A stretch of 64,000 nucleotides of DNA from Leptospira sp. (GCA_034439575.1 JAWXAQ010000035.1:96001-160000), one strand, 5' to 3'. Shown: positions 40,192-50,022, counted from the stretch's first letter. Notes: generated by a model not told the origin, from the sequence alone. Translations and numbers: made by a program.

Positions 40192-41761
40192 ACCTTTTGG
40201 ATTCATCCAAGCTAGATTAGGATCTCAAAGACTAAATGGCAAGATCCTCAAATCTATACCTATAGAAAATGGAAAATCTCTCCTCGAACATATCCATTCT
40301 CGCCTTATAAAAATAATTCCGAACGAACGTATTGTTTTTTTAATCCCAGAAGAGGATGATGAATTAGCACTATACCTTTCAAATAAAAATTTCCAATTTC
40401 ATAAAGGGCCACTTGAAGATGTTAGAAGGAGATATATCGATGCAGCAGAAAAATATGGTGCAAAAGATATTATTCGCTTAACTGGAGATAATCCTTTCAT
40501 TGATATCACTTCTATTGAATTGTTATGGGAAGCAATGTTTCATCTCTGTACTAGATATTATTGTTTAGCGATGGCTCACTTGCCATTGGGTATGGGTGTG
40601 GAATGTTTTTCCTATGAATCCTTGGTTCATAATATTGATATTTTAAATGACAAACGCCACTTAGAACATGTTAGCTTACATATCAAAGAAGATTTAAAAA
40701 AAAATACAGTCTATCGATTGATACCACCTCACATAGAATATAATAATTTACAATATACAAATGAAATCCGTATGACAATCGATGAAAATTTGGATTTTGA
40801 AGTGATGTTGGACGTTTGGCGCGAATTGGGTGAAACAGATCCATACTTTGGAGCTAATGAAGTCATAAAACTTTATAAAAATAATCCTTCTCTCTTTGAA
40901 AAAAACCAACCCGTCAAACAAGTAAAATTTGAATTGCCCAAAGAAAACTTTATCAAAAAAAGAATTTCTCTTAGTTATGGTGATCCAAAAATTTTCGGCT
41001 CAGGACATTTTGAGAGATGTAAATCCTTGTCTATCGAAATGCAAATGAACCAATACGAAGTACTTTGTAATTCGTATCCGACAGAAAATTCTATATCACC
41101 TATAGATGGTTATATTATAGATTCCAGAGAAACTATACATAAAAATTTTCCAGCCTTAAGTATTGATGATTTAGGACCAAAGAAAAATGATGTGACTTCC
41201 GTTTATTTCCTTCCTCATCCAGATATAACACAATCAAAGATTAAAAATAATAAATCTATTTCGTTTTACTCATCCCCCATCATTGGTTTATTTAAAGATA
41301 TCCCCTCAAAGCAAGGACAATGGATGATTTATGCTGGAAGTCTTAACAAAGAACAAACGGAACTTATTGATTCATTTTTATTAAACAACCTGAATAAAAA
41401 ATGGAATGTGAAGCAATGGATTCGAATTGGTGGCACTCCTTCATCATCGTCTAACGAAATCTTGTATTTTCCTAGATTGAGTAAATTTGAATTTTATAAT
41501 TGTCTTTCCACATCGGAAGGATTTATTTCCTACTTTGGTCAAAGTATTATGGAATCAATGTATCTCGGAAAAAAGACAAAACTAATTGGTATTTCAGAAA
41601 TTCATAAAGAGTTGGGCATTTTCTTTAGTGATTTGGCTCACATAGAATATTTAGGCGAAATTAATAATTTAAAATTGGCAAATGAGGAACATCCTTCTGT
41701 AAATATTAAAATCAATAGAAATGCACAAGATGTTATTTTTGAATGGTTAAATACACTTTGA
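40166..41761 (+). CDS. SpsF-like cytidylyltransferase fused to a PseG/SpsG-like C-terminal region
   Basis: IQARLGSQRLNGK, RLTGDNPFID, LPLGMGVE, EHV, RMTID; C-half GSGHFERC, IDD. Confidence 0.8.
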   Translation: MNGILSTPKPFGFIQARLGSQRLNGKILKSIPIENGKSLLEHIHSRLIKIIPNERIVFLIPEEDDELALYLSNKNFQFHKGPLEDVRRRYIDAAEKYGAKDIIRLTGDNPFIDITSIELLWEAMFHLCTRYYCLAMAHLPLGMGVECFSYESLVHNIDILNDKRHLEHVSLHIKEDLKKNTVYRLIPPHIEYNNLQYTNEIRMTIDENLDFEVMLDVWRELGETDPYFGANEVIKLYKNNPSLFEKNQPVKQVKFELPKENFIKKRISLSYGDPKIFGSGHFERCKSLSIEMQMNQYEVLCNSYPTENSISPIDGYIIDSRETIHKNFPALSIDDLGPKKNDVTSVYFLPHPDITQSKIKNNKSISFYSSPIIGLFKDIPSKQGQWMIYAGSLNKEQTELIDSFLLNNLNKKWNVKQWIRIGGTPSSSSNEILYFPRLSKFEFYNCLSTSEGFISYFGQSIMESMYLGKKTKLIGISEIHKELGIFFSDLAHIEYLGEINNLKLANEEHPSVNIKINRNAQDVIFEWLNTL

Positions 41762-42792
41762 AAACTTTTAATATTAAAACAATTACTCTTAATTTACTAT
41801 TGGCTCTACTTTTAGTTTCAAATTTGGATCGCCTAATGGCACAAGAGTCGGTGGAAACTACCGAAAGTTCTATGATCCAAAGAAAAATCGAATTGGAAAA
41901 AGTCGGAAGAAATATTATCAATGCACTTCGATACGGAAAATTTTCACTTGCTGACCAAGAATGGAAAAAATTGCAAAATGATGGATATAAAAGTGAAGCT
42001 GAGTACTATTATCTCGCAGGTGCTATGTTATACTCACGACTCGATTGGCAAGAATCAAAAGAAAATCTCTTAAAAGCACTTTCTCTCGAACCAAAACATG
42101 AAGCCGCAAGTTACCTTGTCGGTATGATTTATGCGCAAGAAGACAATTGGGAGCAAGCAAAAAGAATCTGGCTTGAAACAAATGAAATATCACCCTACAA
42201 CCCATTTTATCATTATAATCTAGGTGTCGCTTATTTTATATTAGGTGATTATGATAGAGCGATCGAATCTTTATCAAAATCTTTAGAATACAAACCAAAT
42301 TACTACGAAGCCAAAACGATACTTGCAAAAACTTATTTAGAACTTGGTGAATTGTTGAATGCAAAAAAAGAAATTGAATCCATTTTAGAAGCAGATCCTA
42401 AAAATCAATTAGCATCAAATTTATTTGGTAGAGTTGTTTATGAAATAGATCGAGATGCCAAAAAAGCTCTCTCATTTCTCAAAAATGAAAAAATCCTTGG
42501 GTGGCGTGAAAAAAAAGTTTATGCCAGATGTTATTTCGAAGTTAGGCGATGGAGAGAGTCGGAAGTACTTTTTCGTACGATCGCATTTTCTCCCTTTGCT
42601 GATGAATACGATCAAAGTTTTTATTTGAATTTGCTCTTAAATTTAGGTTTAGAAGAAAAAGCAAACGACTTCTTTCACTTTAGCCAAAAGAAAAATAAAA
42701 ACGACTCAAATATAGCTGAAACATATCGTATTCTGCTATCGAGCCGTGAAGGTAAAACTTTACTTTATCATTATTTCAAATTGCGATACTAA
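41743..42792 (+). CDS. Exported tetratricopeptide repeat protein
   Basis: Signal peptide; several TPR units such as YHYNLGVAYFILGDYDRAIESLSKSLEYKP. Confidence 0.88.
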   Translation: MVKYTLKTFNIKTITLNLLLALLLVSNLDRLMAQESVETTESSMIQRKIELEKVGRNIINALRYGKFSLADQEWKKLQNDGYKSEAEYYYLAGAMLYSRLDWQESKENLLKALSLEPKHEAASYLVGMIYAQEDNWEQAKRIWLETNEISPYNPFYHYNLGVAYFILGDYDRAIESLSKSLEYKPNYYEAKTILAKTYLELGELLNAKKEIESILEADPKNQLASNLFGRVVYEIDRDAKKALSFLKNEKILGWREKKVYARCYFEVRRWRESEVLFRTIAFSPFADEYDQSFYLNLLLNLGLEEKANDFFHFSQKKNKNDSNIAETYRILLSSREGKTLLYHYFKLRY

Positions 42793-43460
42793 GTCGCAAT
42801 CGGATCTTGTTTTGTCTGTGTGTATTTCCACTCTACCGCAACGCGGATAAGTTTTTCATTTTCAGTAATGCTTAGTTTTGTTTTGATGCGAGAACGAAGC
42901 GTTTCTATCGTAGATGCAGCCAAGCCCATGTTAGCTGCGATTTCTTTAACAGGCTTTCCTTCGCCAATCATCAAAAAAACTTCCAATTCTCGATTTGAAA
43001 GTCTATCAATAGGATCTTTTTCTTCTTTTTGAGAATTTTTATAGAGATGTCCGAGTAGTCTAGTGGCTTGGGAAGAACTAACAAAGTAGTCCCCTTTGAG
43101 CACAGTTTGAATGGCTTCTACGATCTGTGTGGTGGTATCTTCTTTAAAAACATAGCCCATAGCACCCAATTTAAAGGCCCTATCAACAAAAGTATCATCA
43201 GTTAACATACTAATGATGATGACTGCGATTTCTGGAAATGCAGAGCGTAGTTTTTTTAATAACTGTAAGCCACTTTGATTTTGTTTTAATTGAATATCAA
43301 CAAGTACTAAAGCAGGTTTTAAATTTTCAATCTCAGAAAACGCCTTGTCAATGTTATCTGAACTTCCTATACACTCTAAATCCTCTGATTGTGAAATCAA
43401 ATTCTGAAGGGCATCTACGACCAATGGGTGGTCATCAACTATATAAACCTGCTTTTTCAT
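42789..43460 (-). CDS. NarL/LuxR family response regulator
   Basis: IVDDHP, phospho-acceptor LVDIQL, GYVFK, LSNRELEV HTH. Confidence 0.95.
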   Translation of the reverse strand: MKKQVYIVDDHPLVVDALQNLISQSEDLECIGSSDNIDKAFSEIENLKPALVLVDIQLKQNQSGLQLLKKLRSAFPEIAVIIISMLTDDTFVDRAFKLGAMGYVFKEDTTTQIVEAIQTVLKGDYFVSSSQATRLLGHLYKNSQKEEKDPIDRLSNRELEVFLMIGEGKPVKEIAANMGLAASTIETLRSRIKTKLSITENEKLIRVAVEWKYTQTKQDPIAT

Positions 43461-43472
43461 GCTTTAGTCCAA

Positions 43473-44870
43473 TTAAGATTCTTTAAGAGCGCTGATCATC
43501 TCTTGAGTGGCCTTTTTTCCATCACCAAACAACATCAAACAATTGTCTGCGATAAATAATGGATTAGGCACGCCAGCGAAACCAGGGCTTAACGATCGTT
43601 TAATTACCACAACTGTTTTTGCTTTATCGACATCGAGTATCGGCATACCAGCTATAGGTGATTTAGGATCTGTTTTTGCTAATGGGTTCGTAACGTCATT
43701 GGCACCGTTTACGATCACTACGTCAACATTTTCAAAGGTACTATTGATCTCATCCATTTCCTTAAGTCTATCGTACGGAATGTCTGCTTCTGCGAGAAGA
43801 ACGTTCATGTGACCTGGCATCCTACCAGCTACTGGATGTATTGCAAATGTAACATCGATACCGCGAGCCGTTAATAATTGGTAAAGATCTCTTACTGCAT
43901 GTTGCGCTTGAGCCACAGCCATTCCATATCCTGGAACAATCACTACAGTTCTTGCAATATCTAGCAACATTGCCACTTCTTCAGCGCTCGTAGATTTAAT
44001 TTTACCCGAATAAAAATCTCCGTCTTGTTTTGTGTCTTCTGCAATAGCCCCAAAGCCACCAAAAAGCACATTGGTAAGACTTCGATTCATCGCCTTACAC
44101 ATAATCTGAGTTAAAATAATTCCAGATGCACCAACAAGAGAACCAGCGATGATGAGTACATTATTGTTTAAAACAAAACCTGTAGCGGAGGCCGCTATTC
44201 CTGAATAGGAATTCAATAAGGAAATAACAACAGGCATGTCAGCTCCACCAATTGGCATCACTAAAAGTATTCCAAGAAGCAAACTCACAGCACTCAAAAT
44301 CCAATAGATCGGTTCTGTGGATGGGGAAAGAGTATTATAAACTCCTAAACCGATAATGATCACACCCATAACAATCTTAACAATTTGGTCACCAGAATAT
44401 CTCACAGCTTTTTCTGTGATAAACCCTTGGAGTTTTCCAAACGCCACAAAACTACCGCTAAAGGTAATACCGCCGACAATGGCAGAGAAAACGATTGAAA
44501 TAATTTCTTGGTAGTTCACTGCATATTCGTATTTTGGAATAGAGAGTTGTAAAGCCGCACCAGCGACAAGAACGGAGGCGATCCCACCAAAGCCGTTTAA
44601 GACGGCGACCAATTGCGGCATGGCTGTCATTTGGATTTTAATCGCCATAATGACTCCTATCACGGAACCAATCAAAATACCAATGGCGATCCATTCATAA
44701 CTCAATATACTCCGATCAAGGAGAGTCACAAGAACCGCAATGAGCATCCCGATCGCACCCAATATATTTCCCCGACTCGCCGTCTTTGGCGTTCCGAGTT
44801 GTTTGAGACCTACAATAAATAGGATGGATGCTAATAAATAAGAAAGATTTAGGAAATGATTTAAATTCAT
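43473..44870 (-). CDS. pntB: NAD(P) transhydrogenase subunit beta
   Basis: MTAMPQLVA, IGGADMPVVIS, PGYGMAVAQAQ, HPVAGRMPGHMN. Confidence 0.97.
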   Translation of the reverse strand: MNLNHFLNLSYLLASILFIVGLKQLGTPKTASRGNILGAIGMLIAVLVTLLDRSILSYEWIAIGILIGSVIGVIMAIKIQMTAMPQLVAVLNGFGGIASVLVAGAALQLSIPKYEYAVNYQEIISIVFSAIVGGITFSGSFVAFGKLQGFITEKAVRYSGDQIVKIVMGVIIIGLGVYNTLSPSTEPIYWILSAVSLLLGILLVMPIGGADMPVVISLLNSYSGIAASATGFVLNNNVLIIAGSLVGASGIILTQIMCKAMNRSLTNVLFGGFGAIAEDTKQDGDFYSGKIKSTSAEEVAMLLDIARTVVIVPGYGMAVAQAQHAVRDLYQLLTARGIDVTFAIHPVAGRMPGHMNVLLAEADIPYDRLKEMDEINSTFENVDVVIVNGANDVTNPLAKTDPKSPIAGMPILDVDKAKTVVVIKRSLSPGFAGVPNPLFIADNCLMLFGDGKKATQEMISALKES

Positions 44871-44876
44871 CTGCGT

Positions 44877-45164
44877 TTACTTTGAATCCTTCTTCTTAAA
44901 CATACTGAGCATTCGGTGTGTGACAAGAAATCCACCCACCACATTGATGGTAGCAAAGATCACCGAAAGAAGACCCAATATTTTTGTGATATTATTGTTT
45001 TCTATACCGGCAGCGTAAAGCGCACCAATGAGAGTAATGCCCGAGATGGCGTTGGAACCCGACATAAGTGGGGTGTGAAGGATAGGGGGGATTTTAGTAA
45101 TGATTTCAAATCCGACGAAAATCGCTAAAACGAAAATCGTGACTGCTGTTACAAATATTTCCAT
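44877..45164 (-). CDS. pntA2: NAD(P) transhydrogenase subunit alpha part 2 (membrane part)
   Basis: LHTPLMSGSNAISG, NVVGGFLVTHRML; 95 aa. Confidence 0.94.
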   Translation of the reverse strand: MEIFVTAVTIFVLAIFVGFEIITKIPPILHTPLMSGSNAISGITLIGALYAAGIENNNITKILGLLSVIFATINVVGGFLVTHRMLSMFKKKDSK

Positions 45165-45233
45165 AGGCTTGAAGTAGTTATGTAGAATTTGGGCTTTTTG
45201 GAAAACAATTTTTCATACTTGATTCTGAGACTT

Positions 45234-45342
45234 GGGCACATCCGTTCCGTTCGGAACGGTCGGGCTATCCGCTCCAATCCTCCCACAAAATCTTTTTTTT
45301 GTCTTAGGTGTGGGAGGGATTTCCGCTTCTATCCCTTGTGCG
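45234..45342. repeat. GC-rich multi-stem palindromic element (REP/MITE-like)
   Basis: Outer GCACA/TGTGC, hairpin CCGTTCC-GTTC-GGAACGG, stem AATCCTCCCACA/TGTGGGAGGGATT, direct TCCGCT motif twice; single copy in window. Confidence 0.65.
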
Positions 45343-45348
45343 TGTTGA

Positions 45349-47427
45349 TTAGGGGGGCGCAGTTATTGAAATGATCGTATTAACAGAACCATTCGCATTG
45401 ACCGCAGTGATTGTAAAATTCGTAGCAGTGAATGAAGTATTTGCTGTTCCAGTAATTTGACAGGTTGAGTTGTTTATTGAAAAACTCGCAGGTAAACTAG
45501 GGGATGAAGTACAACTCGTAAGTGGTGTGCCAGTTAAATTAACAGACCATGCGGGTATCGGGTTTGCTCCAACTGAAAGTGTAAATGGAGAATCAGGATA
45601 ACTTAATGTAGGTGGCGCATTTGAAGCAACAACAGTTATATTTAAAATTGCTGTTGCATTTCCATATTGATTCGTTGCCGTAATTGTGTGATTCGTTGCT
45701 GTTTGAGTAACAGTCGGGGTTCCGCTTATAACACACGAGGAGTTGTTAATGTTCAATCCAGTTGGTAATGAAGGAGAGGCCGTGCAAGATGATAATGCAT
45801 TACCAGATAGACTTGGACTTAAAGTCGATATCGAAGTATTTTGAGTGTAAGTGAATGGTGATCCAGTATAACTTAGACTAGGTGCTGTCCCCACAGTCAT
45901 GTTTATGGAAGTGGTTCCAGTGCCAAATGCATTCGTTGCTGTAATTGTATGGTTTATGCCTGCTTGTGTTGAACTCGGAGTCCCACTAATATCACAACTT
46001 GTATTGTTTATACTCAAACCCGTAGGTAATGCGGGTGAAATCGTACACGAAGATAAAGAATTTCCCGTAAGCGAAGCCGTAATGGTAGTAATCGCCGAAT
46101 TTAAAGTGAATGTAAACGGAGAACCAGAATAAGAGACAGTTGGTGCACTACCGACTGTTATGTTAATTGATGTATTGCCACTACCAGCCCCGTTCGTTGC
46201 AGTAATCGTATGAGATGTAGCAACTTGCGTTGCCGTTGGAGTTCCAGAAATCGCACAAGTGGTGTTATTTAATGATAAACCACTCGGTAAAGCGGGAGAA
46301 GAAGTACAAGATGTCGGTGTATTGCCAGTCAAACTTGCCGATATAGTCGTAATTGCGGAATTTTGTGTAAATGAAAAGGGTGATCCCACATAACTAATTG
46401 TTGGTGCAACAGTTGCCGCACTTACAGTAATGTTGATGATTGTTGTTCCGTTTCCAAATCCATTGGTCGCTGTGATAGTGTGGTTTGTAGCCACTTGTGT
46501 GCTAGTTGGTGTGCCACTAACAACACATGTAGTATTATTTATGGATAGGCCCGTTGGCAAAGCCGGGGATGATGTACAAGACGTAGGTGTATTTCCTGTT
46601 AATGTCGGAGTTAAATTGGAGATAGAAGTATTTTGTGTGTAAGTAAATGGAGATCCAGAATAAGAAATTGTTGGTGCTACACCCGATGCAGAAACTGTAA
46701 TGTTGATCGTGGTTTGACCTGAACCATACGAATTTGTTGCAGTAATCGTATGAGAGGTGGCAGTTTGAGTTCCTGTTGGAGTTCCGCTAATAACGCACGT
46801 TACATTGTTGATTGTTAAACCAGAAGGTAGACTTGGTGAGGCCGAGCAGGATGTTGGCGTATTTCCAGATAATGTCGGTGTTAAATTTGAAATCACTGCA
46901 TTTTGATTGAAAGTATAAGGAGAGCCAGAATAGGAAATAGCGGGAGCAGAGCCAGAACTCACAGCTGTTATAGAAATTTGTGTAGAGCCTGAACCTATAG
47001 AATTGGAAGCAGTGATCGTGTATGATATACCACTTTGCACGGAAGATATAGATCCACTAATGACGCAATTTGATGAATTAATTGTTAAATTTAAAGGTAA
47101 AGATGGAGATACAACACAATTTGTGAATGGCGTTCCCGAAAGGGTTGGAGTCAAAGTTTGAGACGAACCAATCGTAAGAGTATAATTATTTGATGGGTAT
47201 TGAATTACGGGGGATGAAGATGTGGAACTACTTGATGATGTACTTGTGGAGGAAGTTGTATTTCCTGCGGGGAGAATTAAGAAAATCGGAAAGATTGAAT
47301 TCAAAAAACTTCTTTGTTCGCAACTTGAAGTTACTGAGCAAGATTCTGGGCTAGCCAAACCAAAGATACATCCACTAAAATATAGGGGGAACAAGAAAAA
47401 AATAATTAGATTTGAAAATTTTCGCAT
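45349..47427 (-). CDS. Surface lipoprotein with seven tandem putative Ig (He_PIG-like) repeats
   Basis: Lipobox FSGC, Ser/Thr linker, seven ~88-90 aa units with SPxLPxGLxINxxTCxISGTP and HTITATN. Confidence 0.9.
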   Translation of the reverse strand: MRKFSNLIIFFLFPLYFSGCIFGLASPESCSVTSSCEQRSFLNSIFPIFLILPAGNTTSSTSTSSSSSTSSSPVIQYPSNNYTLTIGSSQTLTPTLSGTPFTNCVVSPSLPLNLTINSSNCVISGSISSVQSGISYTITASNSIGSGSTQISITAVSSGSAPAISYSGSPYTFNQNAVISNLTPTLSGNTPTSCSASPSLPSGLTINNVTCVISGTPTGTQTATSHTITATNSYGSGQTTINITVSASGVAPTISYSGSPFTYTQNTSISNLTPTLTGNTPTSCTSSPALPTGLSINNTTCVVSGTPTSTQVATNHTITATNGFGNGTTIINITVSAATVAPTISYVGSPFSFTQNSAITTISASLTGNTPTSCTSSPALPSGLSLNNTTCAISGTPTATQVATSHTITATNGAGSGNTSINITVGSAPTVSYSGSPFTFTLNSAITTITASLTGNSLSSCTISPALPTGLSINNTSCDISGTPSSTQAGINHTITATNAFGTGTTSINMTVGTAPSLSYTGSPFTYTQNTSISTLSPSLSGNALSSCTASPSLPTGLNINNSSCVISGTPTVTQTATNHTITATNQYGNATAILNITVVASNAPPTLSYPDSPFTLSVGANPIPAWSVNLTGTPLTSCTSSPSLPASFSINNSTCQITGTANTSFTATNFTITAVNANGSVNTIISITAPP

Positions 47428-47550
47428 AAATTTCACATAGATGCAATTTAATGCAACTATTTGACAGTTTAATTAAAAGAATTCTAATATAGCAAATGAA
47501 AATTTAACGCGAATTCGGTTTTTTAAACATAACGCATATTGGGTTCAGCA

Positions 47551-48492
47551 TCATTGTTCCACACAAGCAAAGGAATGAAAAGAGGCACACCCATTTGCAC
47601 CAGTACCAATTCTAAAATTGTTACTGCCAGCACTCGATCCCATTGTACCAGTATCTCCTTCCCATGTACTACATAAGCCCGATGTTCCTATACGTTGAAC
47701 CCAATTTCCTCCAGTGTCCGCACCAGACCATAAAATAACACTAGCTCCGCTACTGATATCATTGTCCTGAGTCGTCCAAATCCCTTCACTGTTCGTAGTT
47801 GCTATTGTTACACTATCACTTGACCGAAAATAACGACGATTAGGTTGTAAAACCCAATCAGTGTGTTCTGCTATACCGGAAGTAAGACAAAGGTTAGATA
47901 TACAAGGAGTCCGATTCACTCCATCCCAAAGAAGGGCTTTAAATACAGAAGCACCAGATGGTTTGTTCGCATCAGCTTTACATTTGGCATCAGCTCCAAC
48001 AGGTTTGCCTAAATCTGCTGTGTATGTCGTTGCTGTAACAAACATTCTACATTCTGTACAAAATGAAGTAGCGGAAACTTCATTCGATAAAGCACTCTCC
48101 TGATTCCCGTTAGTTGCTAACAATACATAATAGTATTTGGTACCATTGGCGGAAGAATGATTATATGGTGAAGTGACATTTGAAATTAGAGTGCCTGAAG
48201 TTTTTGTGACATTGGGTGAAGTGGAATGATAAAGTGAATACGAAGTCGCGCCCGCGACAGAAGTCCACGTGATGGTATTTTGTGTATTACCCGCAGAAAC
48301 TGTGATCGATGGGGTAGGAATTGGGACTGAAATAGTTCTACATTGGCTCGATTGACCAGTTAAACATTCGATCAACTGTCTTTCGAAATAAGAATCGTCA
48401 CCAGCATGATTTGGATTGTCCAATTTGTCTTGTTTGCAAGTTAAAATCAAAAGAAGGCAGATGATATAAATCGTAAAATTTATTTTTACCAT
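47551..48492 (-). CDS. Lipoprotein with FN3-like domain and DUF1554 (endostatin-like, Len family) domain
   Basis: Lipobox ILTC; ITWTSVAGATSY...NGTKYYY...ESALSNEVSA FN3; FVTA, GADAKC, DWVLQPN, terminal CVEQ. Confidence 0.85.
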   Translation of the reverse strand: MVKINFTIYIICLLLILTCKQDKLDNPNHAGDDSYFERQLIECLTGQSSQCRTISVPIPTPSITVSAGNTQNTITWTSVAGATSYSLYHSTSPNVTKTSGTLISNVTSPYNHSSANGTKYYYVLLATNGNQESALSNEVSATSFCTECRMFVTATTYTADLGKPVGADAKCKADANKPSGASVFKALLWDGVNRTPCISNLCLTSGIAEHTDWVLQPNRRYFRSSDSVTIATTNSEGIWTTQDNDISSGASVILWSGADTGGNWVQRIGTSGLCSTWEGDTGTMGSSAGSNNFRIGTGANGCASFHSFACVEQ

Positions 48493-48586
48493 GATTGAAA
48501 GTATATACGAAACCTTTCTCTATACAATGCAAAAATTGATTTTTTTATAAAGATAAAATATTGAATTTTAAACTGAAGACTGTTCT

Positions 48587-49273
48587 TTATTTCATTATAA
48601 ATTCAGCTATATCTCTTGCGTTTTTTTCTAAACTACCACGCACTTTATTTTCTCTCAAAAATTTAGTAAATTCAGGAAGGTTCTCTTCAAATTCATCATT
48701 TGAGTATGAAGTGAACTCTTTAGATGTGATTGCCAAACCATTTGCATCTTTGACTGTCAAACCTATCGTTGTAATCATAAAATAAGATTTCAATAAATAA
48801 ACGATAATGATTTCTTCTATAACTTCCCAAACAAATACCGCCAAACCTATATCAGGTTTCCCGGTCGCTTCGCCGACGATTAGCCCGAAAACTAAACCCA
48901 CAGACAAACCTTGGATAAATACTTTAGGACGAACTTCCCCCATATCTAAAATTTTTGGTTCTAAAATTATATCAGCCTTATCCTTAGAAACAACAGGAAT
49001 TCCATAAGACAATAATACTCTCTTCAATCGAATATCAAACCACTCGGCATGGTTTTTGGTAATTTTTTGAATCAAAACATCTTTATTTTCATTAGTCACA
49101 GTTTGAGAACTTATCGATCGTAAAAAATAAATATCTATATCAACTAATGTAGGTTCAATATAAACTTTGGGTGGATTTTCTCTCGCATTAATGTAGGTTC
49201 TAAATTGACGATGGCAATGAATGAACGTTAATAGAATTAGGAGGGTTGATATAAATCGAATTCGCAATTGCAA
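48587..49273 (-). CDS. Hypothetical lipoprotein/membrane protein
   Basis: Long ORF downstream of queC; hydrophobic leader ending FIHC; internal hydrophobic hairpin; start uncertain (TTG). Confidence 0.6.
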   Translation of the reverse strand: MQLRIRFISTLLILLTFIHCHRQFRTYINARENPPKVYIEPTLVDIDIYFLRSISSQTVTNENKDVLIQKITKNHAEWFDIRLKRVLLSYGIPVVSKDKADIILEPKILDMGEVRPKVFIQGLSVGLVFGLIVGEATGKPDIGLAVFVWEVIEEIIIVYLLKSYFMITTIGLTVKDANGLAITSKEFTSYSNDEFEENLPEFTKFLRENKVRGSLEKNARDIAEFIMK

Positions 49274-49283
49274 GAATTTAAAT

Positions 49284-50009
49284 TTATCGTTTTTTAGATA
49301 ATGCTGGATCAATAATTCCTGCTTCATCAAAACCTTTTGATCTCAATAGACAGGAATCACATTTGCCACAAGGCCGTCCATTGATGGGATCATAACAAGA
49401 ATGTGTTAGGTGAAATGGCGCATTTAATTCTTTTCCGAGTAAAATAATTTCTTTTTTATTCAAATGGAGTAATGGTGTTTTAATTTTTATTCCACTATCG
49501 CCCGTTAAACCTACTTTCGTTCCAAGACTCGCCATTTTTTGGTAAGCATCTATAAACTCAGGTCTACAATCTGGATAACCAGAATAATCCAAAGCATTCA
49601 CACCTATATAAATAGAATCAAACTGGTGTCCTTCTGCTAGAGAAAGGGCAAAGGATAAAAATAAAATATTTCTACCGGGTACATAAGTATTTGGAATTTC
49701 AGATTCAGAGCCAATTTGTTCAGATTTAGCATTTTTTCTGACTTTTAATTTTTTATCCGTCAGTGAACTTCCCAAAAAAAAATTTGGATCCAATTTTTGC
49801 ACCAAATGAGGGATTCCTAATAGTTTAGAAATTTGCCTGCTTTTTTGAATTTCAATTTTATGTTTTTGAGAATAATTAAACGACAGTGCAAGAATAGGTA
49901 ATTTTTTACTTTTTGGATATCCATAATCCTTCGCGGCCAAGTACAAACAAGTAGTAGAATCAAGTCCACCTGACAAAAGCACTACGGCACCTTTTGATTT
50001 ATTTTCCAA
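49284..50009 (-). CDS. queC: 7-cyano-7-deazaguanine synthase
   Basis: SGGLDST, TYVPGRN, YSGYPDCR, SCY...CGKCDSC; start set at TTG 50009. Confidence 0.95.
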   Translation of the reverse strand: MENKSKGAVVLLSGGLDSTTCLYLAAKDYGYPKSKKLPILALSFNYSQKHKIEIQKSRQISKLLGIPHLVQKLDPNFFLGSSLTDKKLKVRKNAKSEQIGSESEIPNTYVPGRNILFLSFALSLAEGHQFDSIYIGVNALDYSGYPDCRPEFIDAYQKMASLGTKVGLTGDSGIKIKTPLLHLNKKEIILLGKELNAPFHLTHSCYDPINGRPCGKCDSCLLRSKGFDEAGIIDPALSKKR

Positions 50010-50022
50010 TGTTTTTAATCGC

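Noticed and set aside
45189..45374. 61-aa ORF across the palindromic element
   Set aside because: Translation of a structured repeat; TTG start, no RBS, no protein-like features.
45349..47220. Periodic DNA similarity suggesting CRISPR or VNTR
   Set aside because: Explained by in-frame ~270-nt protein repeats with synonymous divergence; no identical repeats with spacers and no cas genes.
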